DNA from: Massalongia carnosa
Lineage: Eukaryota
Reading direction: 5' to 3'
Assembly (NCBI GenBank): GCA_965645245.1
Contig: OZ287068.1
Location: forward strand, 186,001 to 250,000
DNA length: 64,000 nt
In this document: in pieces, positions 35,961 to 48,500 of the stretch
Layout: each line of letters starts with the position of its first letter
Numbering within the stretch: the stretch's first letter is position 1
Notes under the pieces: generated by a model
Database searches by the model: none
The model's input: the letters and a program-made list of their open reading frames with translations, nothing else
Told to the model about the DNA's origin: nothing
Program-made: the position numbers and the translations under genes

Positions 35961-38900
35961 TATCACCCGTGAAATCCACATAGTGGATGGTCTCAAGGCC
36001 AATATGCTGATCGGAAACGACGTACTTGGACCAGAAGAATTTGTTATTGATATAAACAAGAAAAAGGCTTACATCGGTAGCTGTGATGTAAACATCAGCC
36101 TTTAGGTCAGACCTCGTGGAACGTTCATCAGAAAGACCGTTCGCACAAAGTCCGCTGTTACCGTCACCCCAGGTGCTGAGTTAAAAGTCCCTGTCAACAT
36201 GATCTTACTAGCAGACAGAGACTTTCTTTTTGAACCTACCGATAAAGCAAATGTAGTTTTGTACTATCACCTCGTAGATGCACTTACTGCAGAAATCGTA
36301 GTCCGAAACGACTCGTCTATACCAGTGGAACTTCCAAGAAAATTCCGCCTCGGACAGGGCTCCGAGGTCAACTATAACGAATGTTTTCACATAGCTGACA
36401 AAGACCTTGCCACCAAACCGCCAAAGGCAAGTTGGTTCAAAAAAGCATTTACAGCAGCAGCATTCTTGACTGCTCTTACTATGGATCTACCTACTCCAAG
36501 TCTTTCATCATTTCCCCCAGAAAATTCCATTAAGGTAGCTACCACAGCATCTTACAACAAGTATGAGACCAAGCTAGCCAACGGTGTCATGACCTATGGC
36601 GACATGATAGCCACCAGGGCCTATTCAGACCTGGTAGACGAGTTTCCCTCACTATGGAAGGACGAAGGCTTCATTGATGTTCCTATGAACCAGTGGATGA
36701 AGCTACCCCTTCGCGAGGATTGGCAGTCGAAGGTCTCTGGAAAATCCAAGGTCTATCCCCTGGGAATAGAAGACAGGGAAATAGTAGATAAAACCTTTGA
36801 CGAAATGCATCGACAGGGACGATTAATATGGACCAATACCCATACTCCATTCAGCTACCCTGTTTTTGTCGTTTGGAAGAAAATCGGTGACGTCCGGAAA
36901 GGCCGTGCCGTCGTAGACATCAGAGGCCTGAATGATCTTCTGGTTCCTGATGCCTACCCGGTCCATCTACAAAGTGATGTCATAGCAGACCTTCGTGGAT
37001 GTACTCACATTTCTGTCCTAGACGCGAATTCTTTCTTCTATCAATGGCGCGTTCATCCGGAAGACACATACAAGCAAACAATAGTCACTCACCGAGGCCA
37101 GGAGACCTTTTTGGTACCAGTGATGGGCAATCGCAACTCCATTGCTTATGTTCAAAGACAAATGGACACCATTCTTCGGGACTTCCGTGACTTTGTCAAA
37201 GCTTACATAGATGACGTGCTAGTAAGATCAACGTCCCTAGATGAGCATTTAATGCATCTTCGGAAAATCTTCTCCTTATTCGTGAAGCTTGGAATATCCA
37301 TCAAGCCCACCAAGGCTTTTTTAGGCTATTCAGACGTTGATCTTCTCGGGCAGAGGGTAAACTCCCTCGGCATGTCCACCTCCGAGGAGAAACTTCGCGC
37401 CATATCTCTGTTGAAGTTCCCCAAGGCACTCATAGACTTAGAACATTACCTCGGTCTTACCGGCTATCTACGTTCTTTCATCTACTACTATGCAGGCATA
37501 GCCCGCCCTCTACAAGACCTAAAAACGCACCTTCTAAGGGCATCTCCGAAAGGAGGTCAACAACGACGAAATTACACGTCTCGAACTAAGATAATCCCTA
37601 CCGAAAAAGAGACTTCATCGTTCATAACCCTTCAGAAGCTGCTTAGCAAACCCTCCATCCTCATTCATTTTAGTCCACACCGCATTCTCTGGATAGACCT
37701 AGACGCCTCCAAAGATTTTGGGTATGGTGTTATAGTCTTCCATGTCAAAGTCGGTGTTATAGTACCAATCGGAAAATGGCCTTCAAGAAATCAAATAGAA
37801 CCCATCATGTTCCTTAGCCGTCTCCTTACGGCGGCTGAAAAGAACTACTGGCCTACTGAACTAGAGATGGCAGGTCTAGTATGGACCATCAAAAAAGTCA
37901 GACACCTTGTCCAATCATCGGAGCATCCAACGATCGTTCAGACAGATCACTCCGCTATAATCGAAATCAGTAAGCAAAAGCTAATAACGGCCACTACATC
38001 GACCATGAGAATGAACGTCCGATTGGTCAGAGCTTCTCAGTTTCTGAGTCAATTCCGACTCGATATCAGGCATAAACCAGGCAAAGAGCACATCATTCCT
38101 GATGCTCTTTCCCGACTAGCCAGCGCCAACGTGAGGCCTATCTTAGCCGATGATCACTCGGAGTTAGATGTCTTATACGTCTATAACACTACAGTCGTAG
38201 AAATGAGCAATGACTTCAGAAAACGTCTTATCGCCGGTTATTCTACAGATAAATTATGGATCAATATAATCCAAATGATAGACACTAACGATAAACTCGA
38301 CGAGGACGCCGCTAAAATTCCTTTTGCCCGGGGAAACACTATGGAAATTCCAGTCAATCCAGCTGAGATGAACTCAACTGAAAAATCAACTCAGGACATT
38401 TTGCCAATTGGCAAAACAGACAAGGATCTCATCTATCACATAGATAGATTCTCAGGTATCAGACGTCTCTGTATACCAGCCAGTTGTGTCAAAGACATAT
38501 TTGCTATAGCGCATGGAAATGGTCATCCTGGATTTGCCAGGGGCTATGAGATAGTTACTCGTTCATGGTACGTCAGGAACCTGGTACGGACATTACGAGA
38601 GTACATACGACACTGTCCAGAGTGTCTAGTACTTCAGACCAGAAGACATAAACCCTGGGAAGTCTTCAGCCCATCGACAGCCCACCGGTTCCATTTCATA
38701 CTATTACTTTGGATTTTATCCTAGCACTTCCCATCACTAAGGAAGCATGGGACTCGATAATGTCTGTAACGGATAAATTTACCAAGCAAATAACCATGAT
38801 TCTTGGAAAGTCCACGTTCGGTGCAGTAAATTGGGCAGACCTTCTCTACGAACGTCTTTCTCTTATGAACTGGGGTCTCCCCAAGGTGATTATTACCGAT

Positions 38901-40055
38901 CGGGATCCAAAGTTCCTATCTGAGCTATGGAAGGCGATCTTTCATAGACTGGGTACTTCCCTACTCTATTCCACAGCTTATCATCCTCAGACGGATGGAA
39001 GTTCGGAACGAACGAATCAAACGGCGGAAATTGCCTTACGTTTTCACATAAGCACCCTGGAGGCTCCAGCTGACTGGCCAAAAGTCCTAGTTTCTATTCA
39101 GTCATCTCTGAACAACTCTTCATCTGCCACCACCGGAAAGACTTCTAATGAGCTAGCATTTGGATTTACTCCAAATACGGCCCTGGATCTTCTCAGGGAT
39201 GATACCGAAATACAAATATCCGCAGTTAGAATTCAAGCTAGGGACGCTATCTCCTTTGCCAGTATGAATTATAAACGGCACTATGACCGCTTACATCAAC
39301 CTTTGTTCATGAAGGAGGGAGAATGGGCCCTGCTCAAGCTTCATAAGGGATATTCCATCCCCTCGACCACTGGAGTAACCATGAAGCTCACTCAACAGTA
39401 CGTAGGGCCTTTCAAGGTCTTACAGAAGATCGGCCGCTTGGCTTACCGCCTTGACGTCCCTCCCCATTGGAAGGTTCATCCTGTCTTCTCGCTAGCACAG
39501 CTAGAGCCCTGTCCGCCACCAGCGACGGACCCGTTTGACCGTCCCAGGCCTGATCATCCACCCACCGTCTTCGTGGAAGGAGACACGCACTACCTCAAGT
39601 CTTACGAGATAGAAAGGATATTAAATAAACGTGTCGTCCGGAAAGGCCGCGGACAGTCCATACAGTACTTGGTAAAATGGAAGGGCTACGGACCCGAGTT
39701 CGATCAATGGTATAGCATCAAGGATCTTGACAATGCCAAGGAATTAGTCTATGACTACGAAAAGAGCATAGGGTCCACACTGTCCATTGGCAGTCCACCT
39801 GCGTCAACAACCTCCAGTACTGCGGTAGTTACCAAGGAAACACCTGCTATCACAGCACCAGCTGGTGAGGCAGTACAAATGTCAAAGGTGGCTCCCGCTG
39901 AAACGTCAACGACTGGTCCTACAAAGGTCACACCTACTCCACAATCCGCCCCACTAACACCTACTACGGGAGCTATGGTACCCGCTACAAAAGCAGTCGT
40001 GCCAGTAAAGAGTGGTCGTGGAAGACCCAGGAAAGATAGCAGAGTTGGTAAGTAA
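35961..40055 (+). pseudogene. pol: Gypsy F pol (protease C-terminus, RT, RNase H, integrase, chromodomain, AT-hook)
   Basis: KANMLIGND, YIDD, DASK, TDRD, QYLVKWKGY, GRGRPRK. Stop at 36103-36105; frameshift near 38660. Confidence 0.9.
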
Positions 40056-40383
40056 TAATATTGCTACGAGGTCGTAACAGCTTTATTTGCTCGGGGGAAG
40101 TTGTCACGATAATATAACATAAGCATGCTTTCGTACTCTAACACTTGCTTATCTCCGTGATAAGCCCGGCTTAACTCTTTGGTCCTTCCATGATAGGAGC
40201 AGGTCCAGATTGGGACTAGTCTAGATTAGCTGTAAATAGACGAGCTTGCTCGCATATCTCAATGGACATCCTTTTACACACCCTTATTATGATGATTACC
40301 TTTACAAAGGGAGTCCATCAGCTACTTTCGTAGTGAGAATGTTAAAACGGGCAACCGATACCAAATACCGAAATTAGCTGACA
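35961..40383 (+). mobile_element. Gypsy F, 5'-truncated within protease, with putative 3' LTR 40102-40383
   Basis: pol fragments; PPT GGGGGAAG followed by TGTCA...TGACA. Only one LTR, so its boundary is inferred. Confidence 0.85.
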
Positions 40384-40625
40384 AAGCAATTTGCATCTAC
40401 CTCGACAAGAAATGGCCTGTGGCGGTGGTAAACTTGCATGGAGTCAGAAATCGCATCGGAAGAGACAGCCGATGAACTGGGAATGGAGGCTTCTGTAATG
40501 GCTGGTGGACGGGCATAAATAGGAGCAGTTTTACCATACGTAGTGGTAGAAAGTCAATCGTTTCTCCCAGTTTGTTTTGCATGTGCAAGAACTCGTTTAT
40601 CGAACTAGTCATCTCAATTGCCCAG

Positions 40626-41114
40626 TGTCACGGACAAGGTCCAGATAGGGAGATATGCAAGAGTTACTGTTAGAAAGCTAGGTCTAGGGATAGTATACAA
40701 GACGTCCGACGAAGAGCTCCAAACACCTGAGAAACCACATAGGTTTTATAGCCATGGCTTCCAACTCCCCTATTCTTGACTTGCCCTCATCTCTGTTCCT
40801 GTTCTAATTTCCTAACCATGATCGCTTTGACCTGTTCCGCCTTTCTCCATGCCGAAGCAATCTCTCTCTGCTGGGCAATCCCAGTCGTAGGCTTGGATAG
40901 TGGAGACGTTGAGATTGGATTCGGGATATAGGAGTTTGGGAGTGCACTGAAGGCAGCGGAAGAACGTCTGAACACATGGGGTGAGGTTTCAGGATATTTC
41001 CGAATAACGGGCCACGGTTCTATTCAACATGCAGGGCAGGTTTCACGGCAAGAGAGCCTGTTAAATACTAACCCGATCAGGAAACGTGGGAGGGCGCGAG
41101 GTAATTCCATGACA
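40626..41114 (-). mobile_element. solo LTR (Gypsy-type)
   Basis: TGTCA...TGACA; perfect TSD CCCAG; orientation inferred from the GTCGGACGTCTTG motif and a TATAAAA box. Confidence 0.9.
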
Positions 41115-41172
41115 CCCAGTGCTACCATTCCGCCTGTTGCAGTCACAGTTCCAACAATTATCAACACGAGTA

Positions 41173-42272
41173 TCACCGCTCCAAAGCACCCGTGTCGCCA
41201 TTTAACTCCGCCCTTGACCTGCCCTGCAGTTCATTCGGCATGCCCTCACCATCGACCTCATACCTGCTGACATGTTCTTCCCCCATCTCCGCAAATCCAT
41301 TGTTTGTGTATTGTAGGTCTTGAGGGCCACCGGAACTTCCGCCGTAGCCCATGTCTATTTGAGGTATGGGAGGCTGTCCACGTCTCCGTGACCACAAAGG
41401 CCGAGCTAGAAGGAGAGTAAGGATGATGGCAAGGGAGAAGACAATACTGCCAACACTTATGCCGGCTTTGTCGGCTGGAGTAAGGGTAGATTTTTCGTTA
41501 TTATCGGAGGAGGCGGAGGGTCGAGAAGGCGGTGGTGATGTTGTGATGATGAACGCTAATGAGGATGAGAATGACAGGGAAGAGGATGATCTTGTGATGA
41601 TGAACGTTAAAGGGGATGAGGATGACAGCGAAGAGGATGATGATATTGATTCAGCAGAAGCCGATGACGAGGATACAGAAGTTACAGCGGAAAGGAGCGA
41701 GACAGGAACGGCGGTTAATTCTTGTATCTGGCTGGGTTCGGGGCTTCCGCCGGCCTTGCCTAGGGCAGCAATGCCCCAGGTCTTTGGTTCCACGCTGTCT
41801 TTGGATGTAATATTGAAGGTGGGCGAGTTAGCAAAATTGTCACCCGAGAGGCTTTCGACTTGCATGTGACACCGGCCTTTCTGATTGTAGTCGCTGTACG
41901 GGAAGGATAGAGGGTTGGAGCCGTTGGTTGGCACTTGTTCGTGGTATACTATTGCGTTTTATATAGTGTAAGCTCTCTTCGCCTATTTTTAGTCCTTCAT
42001 TTGTTGATCTGGTAAACATCCTGTAAACTGGGAAGCCTTGTACAAGACTTACCATAGTCCTTGGATTGGGACTCATTTGGACTGGGAGCACACCAGAGGT
42101 TCATCCATGGCTTGTCGACGCTGGAAGCCCATGTAAAATAGACGACATCGATGTAGTTGAATGATAAGTTGTTGTCCCCGTCACCTGGGTAAATCCAAAC
42201 GACATATCCACAACATGCGGAGACGAGGCTGATCCAGACATACAGAACCCAAAGGCGAACAGCTGTCAGCAT
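41173..42272 (-). CDS. host gene: 331-aa type I membrane protein (signal peptide, Ser/Thr-rich stalk, one TM helix; Mid2-like architecture); exons 42272-42053 and 41948-41173
   Basis: Hydrophobic N-terminus; GTAAGT...TAG intron 42052-41949 joins the two ORFs in phase (KDY-V-YHEQVPTNG); TM AGISVGSIVFSLAIILTLLLA followed by basic residues; tail with repeated EM/EV/EL motifs. Confidence 0.8.
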
Positions 42273-43966
42273 GTTTGCATTGATCGCTTGGCAATAATCA
42301 AGTGAACACAGAATAAAGCTTCCCAGTCCAACAGCATCAATGAATAGCAGATGCTAGAAGACAACTCGCGAAAGGAGAAGGAAACTTGAGGAACGCATCT
42401 TGCATAGAAGATGACAGGTGGAAGGCATGCTCAGCCTATCGACTGTAGATCTTAACCTGTATTAGATTGACTAGATCAGCAGGCTGTTGACTGCGATTAC
42501 CCAATTAGGCTAGCTTGTATTTCAGGAGTTTTGAATAGACTCCCTTACAAATATTCGTATCATACTTTATGAATAGAACCTTCCATCCCACAATGGGACA
42601 GTCTCACCGTGCGCGTCCCGGGGAGCCTAGCGCGCCCATCTCGATGAGTCATCCGTTCGTTGCCCCACCGCGAACCTTGCCTCAGTACGGAGTAATGTTG
42701 TGGCACAGCCTTCGCCTGCACTAACCTCTTTCGGTTAGATCGGCGCTAACTTCCCCAAATTCAAATTTCTTCATCTTTTTGATCATTGACCAACAACCAC
42801 ATTGATTAAAAATCAGCCGATACCGTACATAGCTTGAAAATCATCGCCGTCATCATCACCGTCGTCAAAATCATTTCCCTTGACTCCCCTGACCCCCTGA
42901 CCCTCGTGATTCTCGGCTTACTCCGCATACCCCGCATACCCCGCATTCTAACAATCATTCGCATCTCCTGGTTGAAAAGATGCTTCCGAATCGAATTCTT
43001 TCAATGATTCTTCCAAATCGAAAGATACGAAATCATCTCGTAGCCATGTTTCTCCTTCTGGAAGATCTGGAAGGATTGAATTATCTCCATGACCAGTGCT
43101 ATCTACGATAAACGTGACATCTTCCTCATTGATATTGGCACGCGGATTCTTTCTAATTTCCTTCTTCGCTTCCTCAGCTATCCATACCTCATTCGTGGCC
43201 TTCCATAATGCCTCGGGGTCAGGAATCTTCTCATACATTTTAATTGGAATGGGACCGAGCATTTTCTGCATTTCTTTCAGCTGTTTAACTCGATCTCTTT
43301 CTGCTTTTCGAGCAGCCAATCCCTTGACATGCATTTCGTCTCTTTCTATTCGCCATAGCTTCATGAAGCTATTATTCGCTCGTTTCTCCTCAGCCTCTTG
43401 ATCCTGTTGTAGTCTGATGGCTATAGCCTGCTTTGCATCTTCCGCTGTGATTCCCAATCTTCCGGTTTCTGGTCTCAGACGTTTACGAGATATTCGTCTG
43501 TTATTTAACTGACTTCTTCTTGATTCTCGATGCATTTCCAGCTCCGTGCCATCGATAATCGCATGTCAGGGTCCTGGCCTGACCCGACATGCTCTGGTGG
43601 TCACGGGACAGCGTGACTCGCCTAAGCAGTAGCGCGCGTCGCTTGACTGGCTAGCGCACCCACGGTAGATTATGTTTAGGAGTTCAGCGATGATTATTCT
43701 TTTCTTTCCTTCCTTGTAGTTAAATTCTAGTTCATAGCTACTGAATAATATCAGGGCAAGCTGCCTGACATAATTTAACTACCTTTAATGCTTATTAGTA
43801 CTCTTCCAGTCTTCTAGAACTTTCAGCACATTTAGAAAGGGACAACGACCTGCTCCTTTAGCTTTCCAGAACGATCACTCGTGAGAATTCGAGCTGGTCC
43901 TCACTCCAGAACCTTTAGAACTTCCAGAATCGAAAGACAGAGCTCTTTCACCTCCAGAACACAGTC

Positions 43967-45571
43967 ATGAGTTCGAAAACTCCCCTGACTGCTCGAAAGG
44001 CCGGCGCTCCTCGCGAAGACGCTCAAGCAGGCCCTGCTTTTAACACTCGCGCCCGTTCCATGTCCTGTCATTCGGCTCGCTCTGATAGTATGCCAGGGAC
44101 GTTCGAAGACTCCGAGCTTACACCCGGTGAGCAGATGGGAGACGAGACAGAATGCACACTAGAAAAGACCCCGAAGGCTGGGTCAGGAAATGAGAAGGAA
44201 GGGGCTCGCGAGATTGACATCTCGGAACATCCATACTACGAACGAGAAACTCGGAAACATCCCGCACGATACAAAATTCGCAACCTAGAAGACTTCCGAA
44301 ATGCCGTCCTAGACGAGAACGAAGGTCCTCGTTGGTATGAGTTTTTGTCCAGAGCAATTCCCTATGACAAAACACTATACGAAAAAAGCTTCGGGCTTCA
44401 TGAGAAGCTTATCAAGACCAAGAAGCATTTAGAACAATATAAGCAGATTAATGACCGTTTCGCTGACGAAAAGGATGAAGACGAACGCCAAATCCTTCTT
44501 GCTCAGGAAGAGCTTTCGCATAAAGAAATTGAGTTGGAAGAAGCCCTCCAGGCCCAACAGGACTTACAGAAAGAGAAGGAGAATCTTGAGCGACGGCTAG
44601 CAGCTCCCGACTCCTCTCGTGGCCAACGGGAGGACACTGCTACAACCCAGAGCACCACTATAAATCTCCAGAACTGGCGTCCACGTGGCATTCACCCCAG
44701 CAAGCCTCTGAAAGGCGAAGACGCTGAGGAATATAGTCCTTGGCAATACTCACTCCGAAACAAGCTTAAGACCGATTCTCCGCTTTACGCCAACGAGGGC
44801 GAAAAGGTCAGTTATGCTCTATCGCAAATGGAAGCGCCTATTTTTGGGGCTATGCACTCCTGGGTCGTCGACATGGGCGACTCTCTCACCATTGACGCTC
44901 TGTTCGACGAGATCGAACATTATATGGGCATACATCTCCAGAGTCGAGATGCCAAGAAAGAACTCATCACCATCACAATGAAAAGTGGTGAAAGTGTAAG
45001 CGAGTACTATCATCGAATTTTTAAGCTTTGGCAAAAGGCCAAAACCCCCATCGACGAGAGGATAGAGAAGTTTCTTGTAACATTGAAGCCAAGCATCTCT
45101 AATTCACTGATGGGTTCAGTTTTCACCGACTTTCGTCCCTTGCTCGACGAAGCTAGGAGAATCGAAGATCGACGCAAGGATGTCGCTCACTACTTTCCTC
45201 GGCCAGAGAAGTCTGGTCCGTCAAAGAACTCTGGTCGCGAAGGCAAGTCCTCGAGTGGACAAACCTCCATTTCCGATTCTCGTCAATCGAGTGCAAAAGA
45301 GAAGAAGTCGGGTGATCATCCAAACTCCAAGTTCAGCGCCACGATAGTCAAACCCGCTGGTTGGATAGGGGTTTGGTACGATCCTGACCCCAACCCCAAA
45401 AAGTTGGAGAAGGAAGAGCGAGAGACATTGTCGCGTCAGGGACGCTGTTGGGCATGTCGGGGGTCAGGTCATCGAGGAAACGACTCGATCTGCCCTCAAT
45501 TTAAAGAAAAGAAGCTTAACACTACAAGAATTGTTGAGATAGACTCTGGCTCCGAGTCGGGAAAAGCTTAG
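43967..45571 (+). CDS. gag: Gypsy-4 Gag (534 aa, coiled-coil-like N-terminal half)
   Basis: MKSGESVSEY motif; CWACRGSGH...C knuckle. Confidence 0.9.
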   Translation: MSSKTPLTARKAGAPREDAQAGPAFNTRARSMSCHSARSDSMPGTFEDSELTPGEQMGDETECTLEKTPKAGSGNEKEGAREIDISEHPYYERETRKHPARYKIRNLEDFRNAVLDENEGPRWYEFLSRAIPYDKTLYEKSFGLHEKLIKTKKHLEQYKQINDRFADEKDEDERQILLAQEELSHKEIELEEALQAQQDLQKEKENLERRLAAPDSSRGQREDTATTQSTTINLQNWRPRGIHPSKPLKGEDAEEYSPWQYSLRNKLKTDSPLYANEGEKVSYALSQMEAPIFGAMHSWVVDMGDSLTIDALFDEIEHYMGIHLQSRDAKKELITITMKSGESVSEYYHRIFKLWQKAKTPIDERIEKFLVTLKPSISNSLMGSVFTDFRPLLDEARRIEDRRKDVAHYFPRPEKSGPSKNSGREGKSSSGQTSISDSRQSSAKEKKSGDHPNSKFSATIVKPAGWIGVWYDPDPNPKKLEKEERETLSRQGRCWACRGSGHRGNDSICPQFKEKKLNTTRIVEIDSGSESGKA

Positions 45572-48500
45572 TCCTTGATCAAAATCGCGATCAAGGACGT
45601 CTTAAGAAAGATGTCATTTGTGAAATTGGTAGCGCTGAAATGAAGACAGTAAGGGTCTCTAGTTGTGCTGTTCTCGATACTGAAAAGAAGATCGAGGGCA
45701 AGCATCTAGTATTTAAAACTAGCATAGCTGGAATTAAAACTCGTTTACTTGTTGATAATGGAAGTGAGGCTGAGCTCATTGATGAATCCTTCGCGCGTGT
45801 AAATAAACTGAACACCTCCAAATTAGAAACGGGGGTTAAACTGACCCTCGGAAACGGAGAGGTTGCCCAACTTCTCACGAGGACCGCCCTAGTCGACGTC
45901 AAAATCGGGGATCATCAAGAACAAGTCCTTTGCTATGTAGCAAAACTGGACATGTACGCGGTTATTCTAGGAGATGGATGGCTACAAACTCACAACCCCA
46001 GCATTGACTGGAAAGAGCGAATTATGAAGTTTAACTCTGCCGATTGCTTGGAAATGGGATGCCTTTCGCGTGGAATAACCTGCACCGAATTTGCTGTTGG
46101 AAGTAGGGCAAAGAATAGGATCGGAACAAAAGACGATATCGAAGTCCTTCCGGTCAATGCGAAACATTTCTTTCGGATGGTTAGGAAGAAAGATCACGAG
46201 GGATACTTATGGACTCCCCGAGAACATAAGACCTTCTGTGCCACAACCACTGGGACCGTCACCTCAAAGGATTACGACAAGTTTATGAAAGGCAAACCCG
46301 AGTACTCCCGCGAAGAATTATTGAAGAAAATTCCCTCAGAGTATCATAGCATGATAGAAGTCTTTATGAAGCATAAAGCAGACGAACTACCGGAACATCG
46401 TAAGGAGGATCACGAGATCAACCTCATGGACGGAAAAGAACCCCCTTATGTCAGGAACTATAAGCCTATGTCAGAACAGGAGTTGGAAGCTGTCAAGAAG
46501 TATATTGACGAACATATGGGAAAGGGATTCATTCGTCCAGTTCGTCGACAGCAGCAGCTCCGGTCCTTCTAGTTCGAAAACCAGGTGGTGGACTGAGATT
46601 TTGTGTGGACTATCGAGCCTTGAATGCCATCACAGTAAAGAATCGATATCCTATTCCCCTAATTAACGAGACGCTCGGAAAACTCTCGCAGGCAAAACGC
46701 TTCACGAAACTAGACGTTATTACGGCATTCAATCGTCTTCGAGTAAAAGAAGGACATGAATGGCTTACCGCTTTTAACACAAGATATGGCCAGTTCGAAT
46801 ATCTGGTCATGCCTTTCGGTTTATGCAATGCTCCAGGGACTTTTCAGAGTTATATAAATAATTCGGTTCGGGAATATTTAGACGTCTTTTGTACTGCTTA
46901 TCTGGATGACGTCTTGATCTACAGTGATAATGAGGAAGAGCATTCAGATCACGTCTTGAAGGTTCTTAAACGCTTGGGGGAACGAGGACTCCAAGTTGAC
47001 ATTGACAAATGTGAATTCTCGGTGACTAAAGTAAAGTACCTCGGACTTATAGTCACCACTGAAGGAATACAAATGGATTCCGAGAAGATTGAAGCGATTT
47101 TGAAATGGGAAACTCCGGAGTCCGTGAAGGACGTGCAAGCTTTTTTAGGCTTTGCAAACTTCTATCGACGATTCATATCAAAGTTCTCTCAGCGTACAAG
47201 GTCTCTGACGGAATTAACAAAAGGAGAACAAATAACGACCAAGTCGGGCAAGAAGAGAACCCGATATAACGTGTTCATCTGGACCGAAGACTGTAAAAAA
47301 GCTTTCGAAGATTTGAAAGAGGCCTTCACTACTGCACCAGTGTTAGCGCACTATGATTCTTCTCTAGAGACATGGATAGAAACAGACTCTTCGGATTTCG
47401 TCACTGCCGGAGTCTTATCTCAGATGCATGACGGAGTGCTCAAACCGGTAGCATATTTCTCCAAGAAGATGACACCGGCCGAATGTAATTACATGATATA
47501 TGATAAGGAACTCCTCGCTATCATAAAGAGCTTCGAGGTCTGGCGGCCCGAGGCAGCAAGTGCTGCGCCTGACCAGCCAATCAAAGTTTATACTGATCAT
47601 AAAAACCTGGAACACTTTATGACGACAAAGCAACTGAACCGCAGACAGGCCCGATGGGCTGAATTCCTTTCGGAGTTCAATTTCAAAATCATATATCGAC
47701 CGGGCAGACAAGGCGAAAAGCCGGACACACTTACTCGACGTTCTCAAGATCTTCCAAAAGGGTTTGACGACTCTCGACAACAACATCAATTCCAGACATT
47801 GCTACAGGAGCATCAACTAGACGATGACGTAAAGAAGGCTTTATCAGTGATCTTCTGTGCAAACACAAGAACAAATGACACTGACGAAGAAGCTGAGGAA
47901 CCTCAGGCCATCGAGGACGATGAAGAGGCTCAGGGTCAGATTTTAAATGAAAATCCGGTGAAAGAACTAGGCGACGATTCGGAAGAAGATCCATCAGCGA
48001 AACCTCTAGAAGAACTAATTGAAGAAGCTTATGAAAAAGATGAAGTAGTTCAAGACATAATCGCTGCCAAAACACGAGAACTTCGCAAGCTTCCATCGCA
48101 TCTTATAAAGAAAGGGATCAAATTAGCCATGGGAGATCTCAAAGTGAAAGATGAAAGACTATATGTCAAAGATAGGCTGTATGTCCCAGATCATGAACCC
48201 CTTCAATTATGCCTGTTGCAGAAACATCACGAACCTCCTCTGCAAGGACACCCGGGATATAAAAGCATGTATCAGTCACTGATGGAAAACTACTTCTAGT
48301 TCGACATGAAGGATCACTGCAAAAGATACGCAGTGAACTGCTCCGTTTGTCGAAGGTCAAAATCATACAATGTCAAGAAACAGGGCTTACTGAATCCTCT
48401 ACCCATACCGAACAGAAAATGGACAGACGTCTCTTTAGATTTTGTGGAGTTTTTGCCGGAATGTCGGCGAAGGAATAGAGTGTATCAACACATATTAGTG

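Noticed and set aside
41366..41869. 167-aa acidic ORF on the + strand
   Set aside because: Antisense shadow of the Ser-rich exon of the membrane-protein gene.
29000..46545. Internal pol frameshifts (near 29010, 38660, 46538) as programmed recoding
   Set aside because: Single-base losses within otherwise conserved pol sequence, some in short homopolymers, with no slippery site or structure; mutation or sequencing error is more likely.
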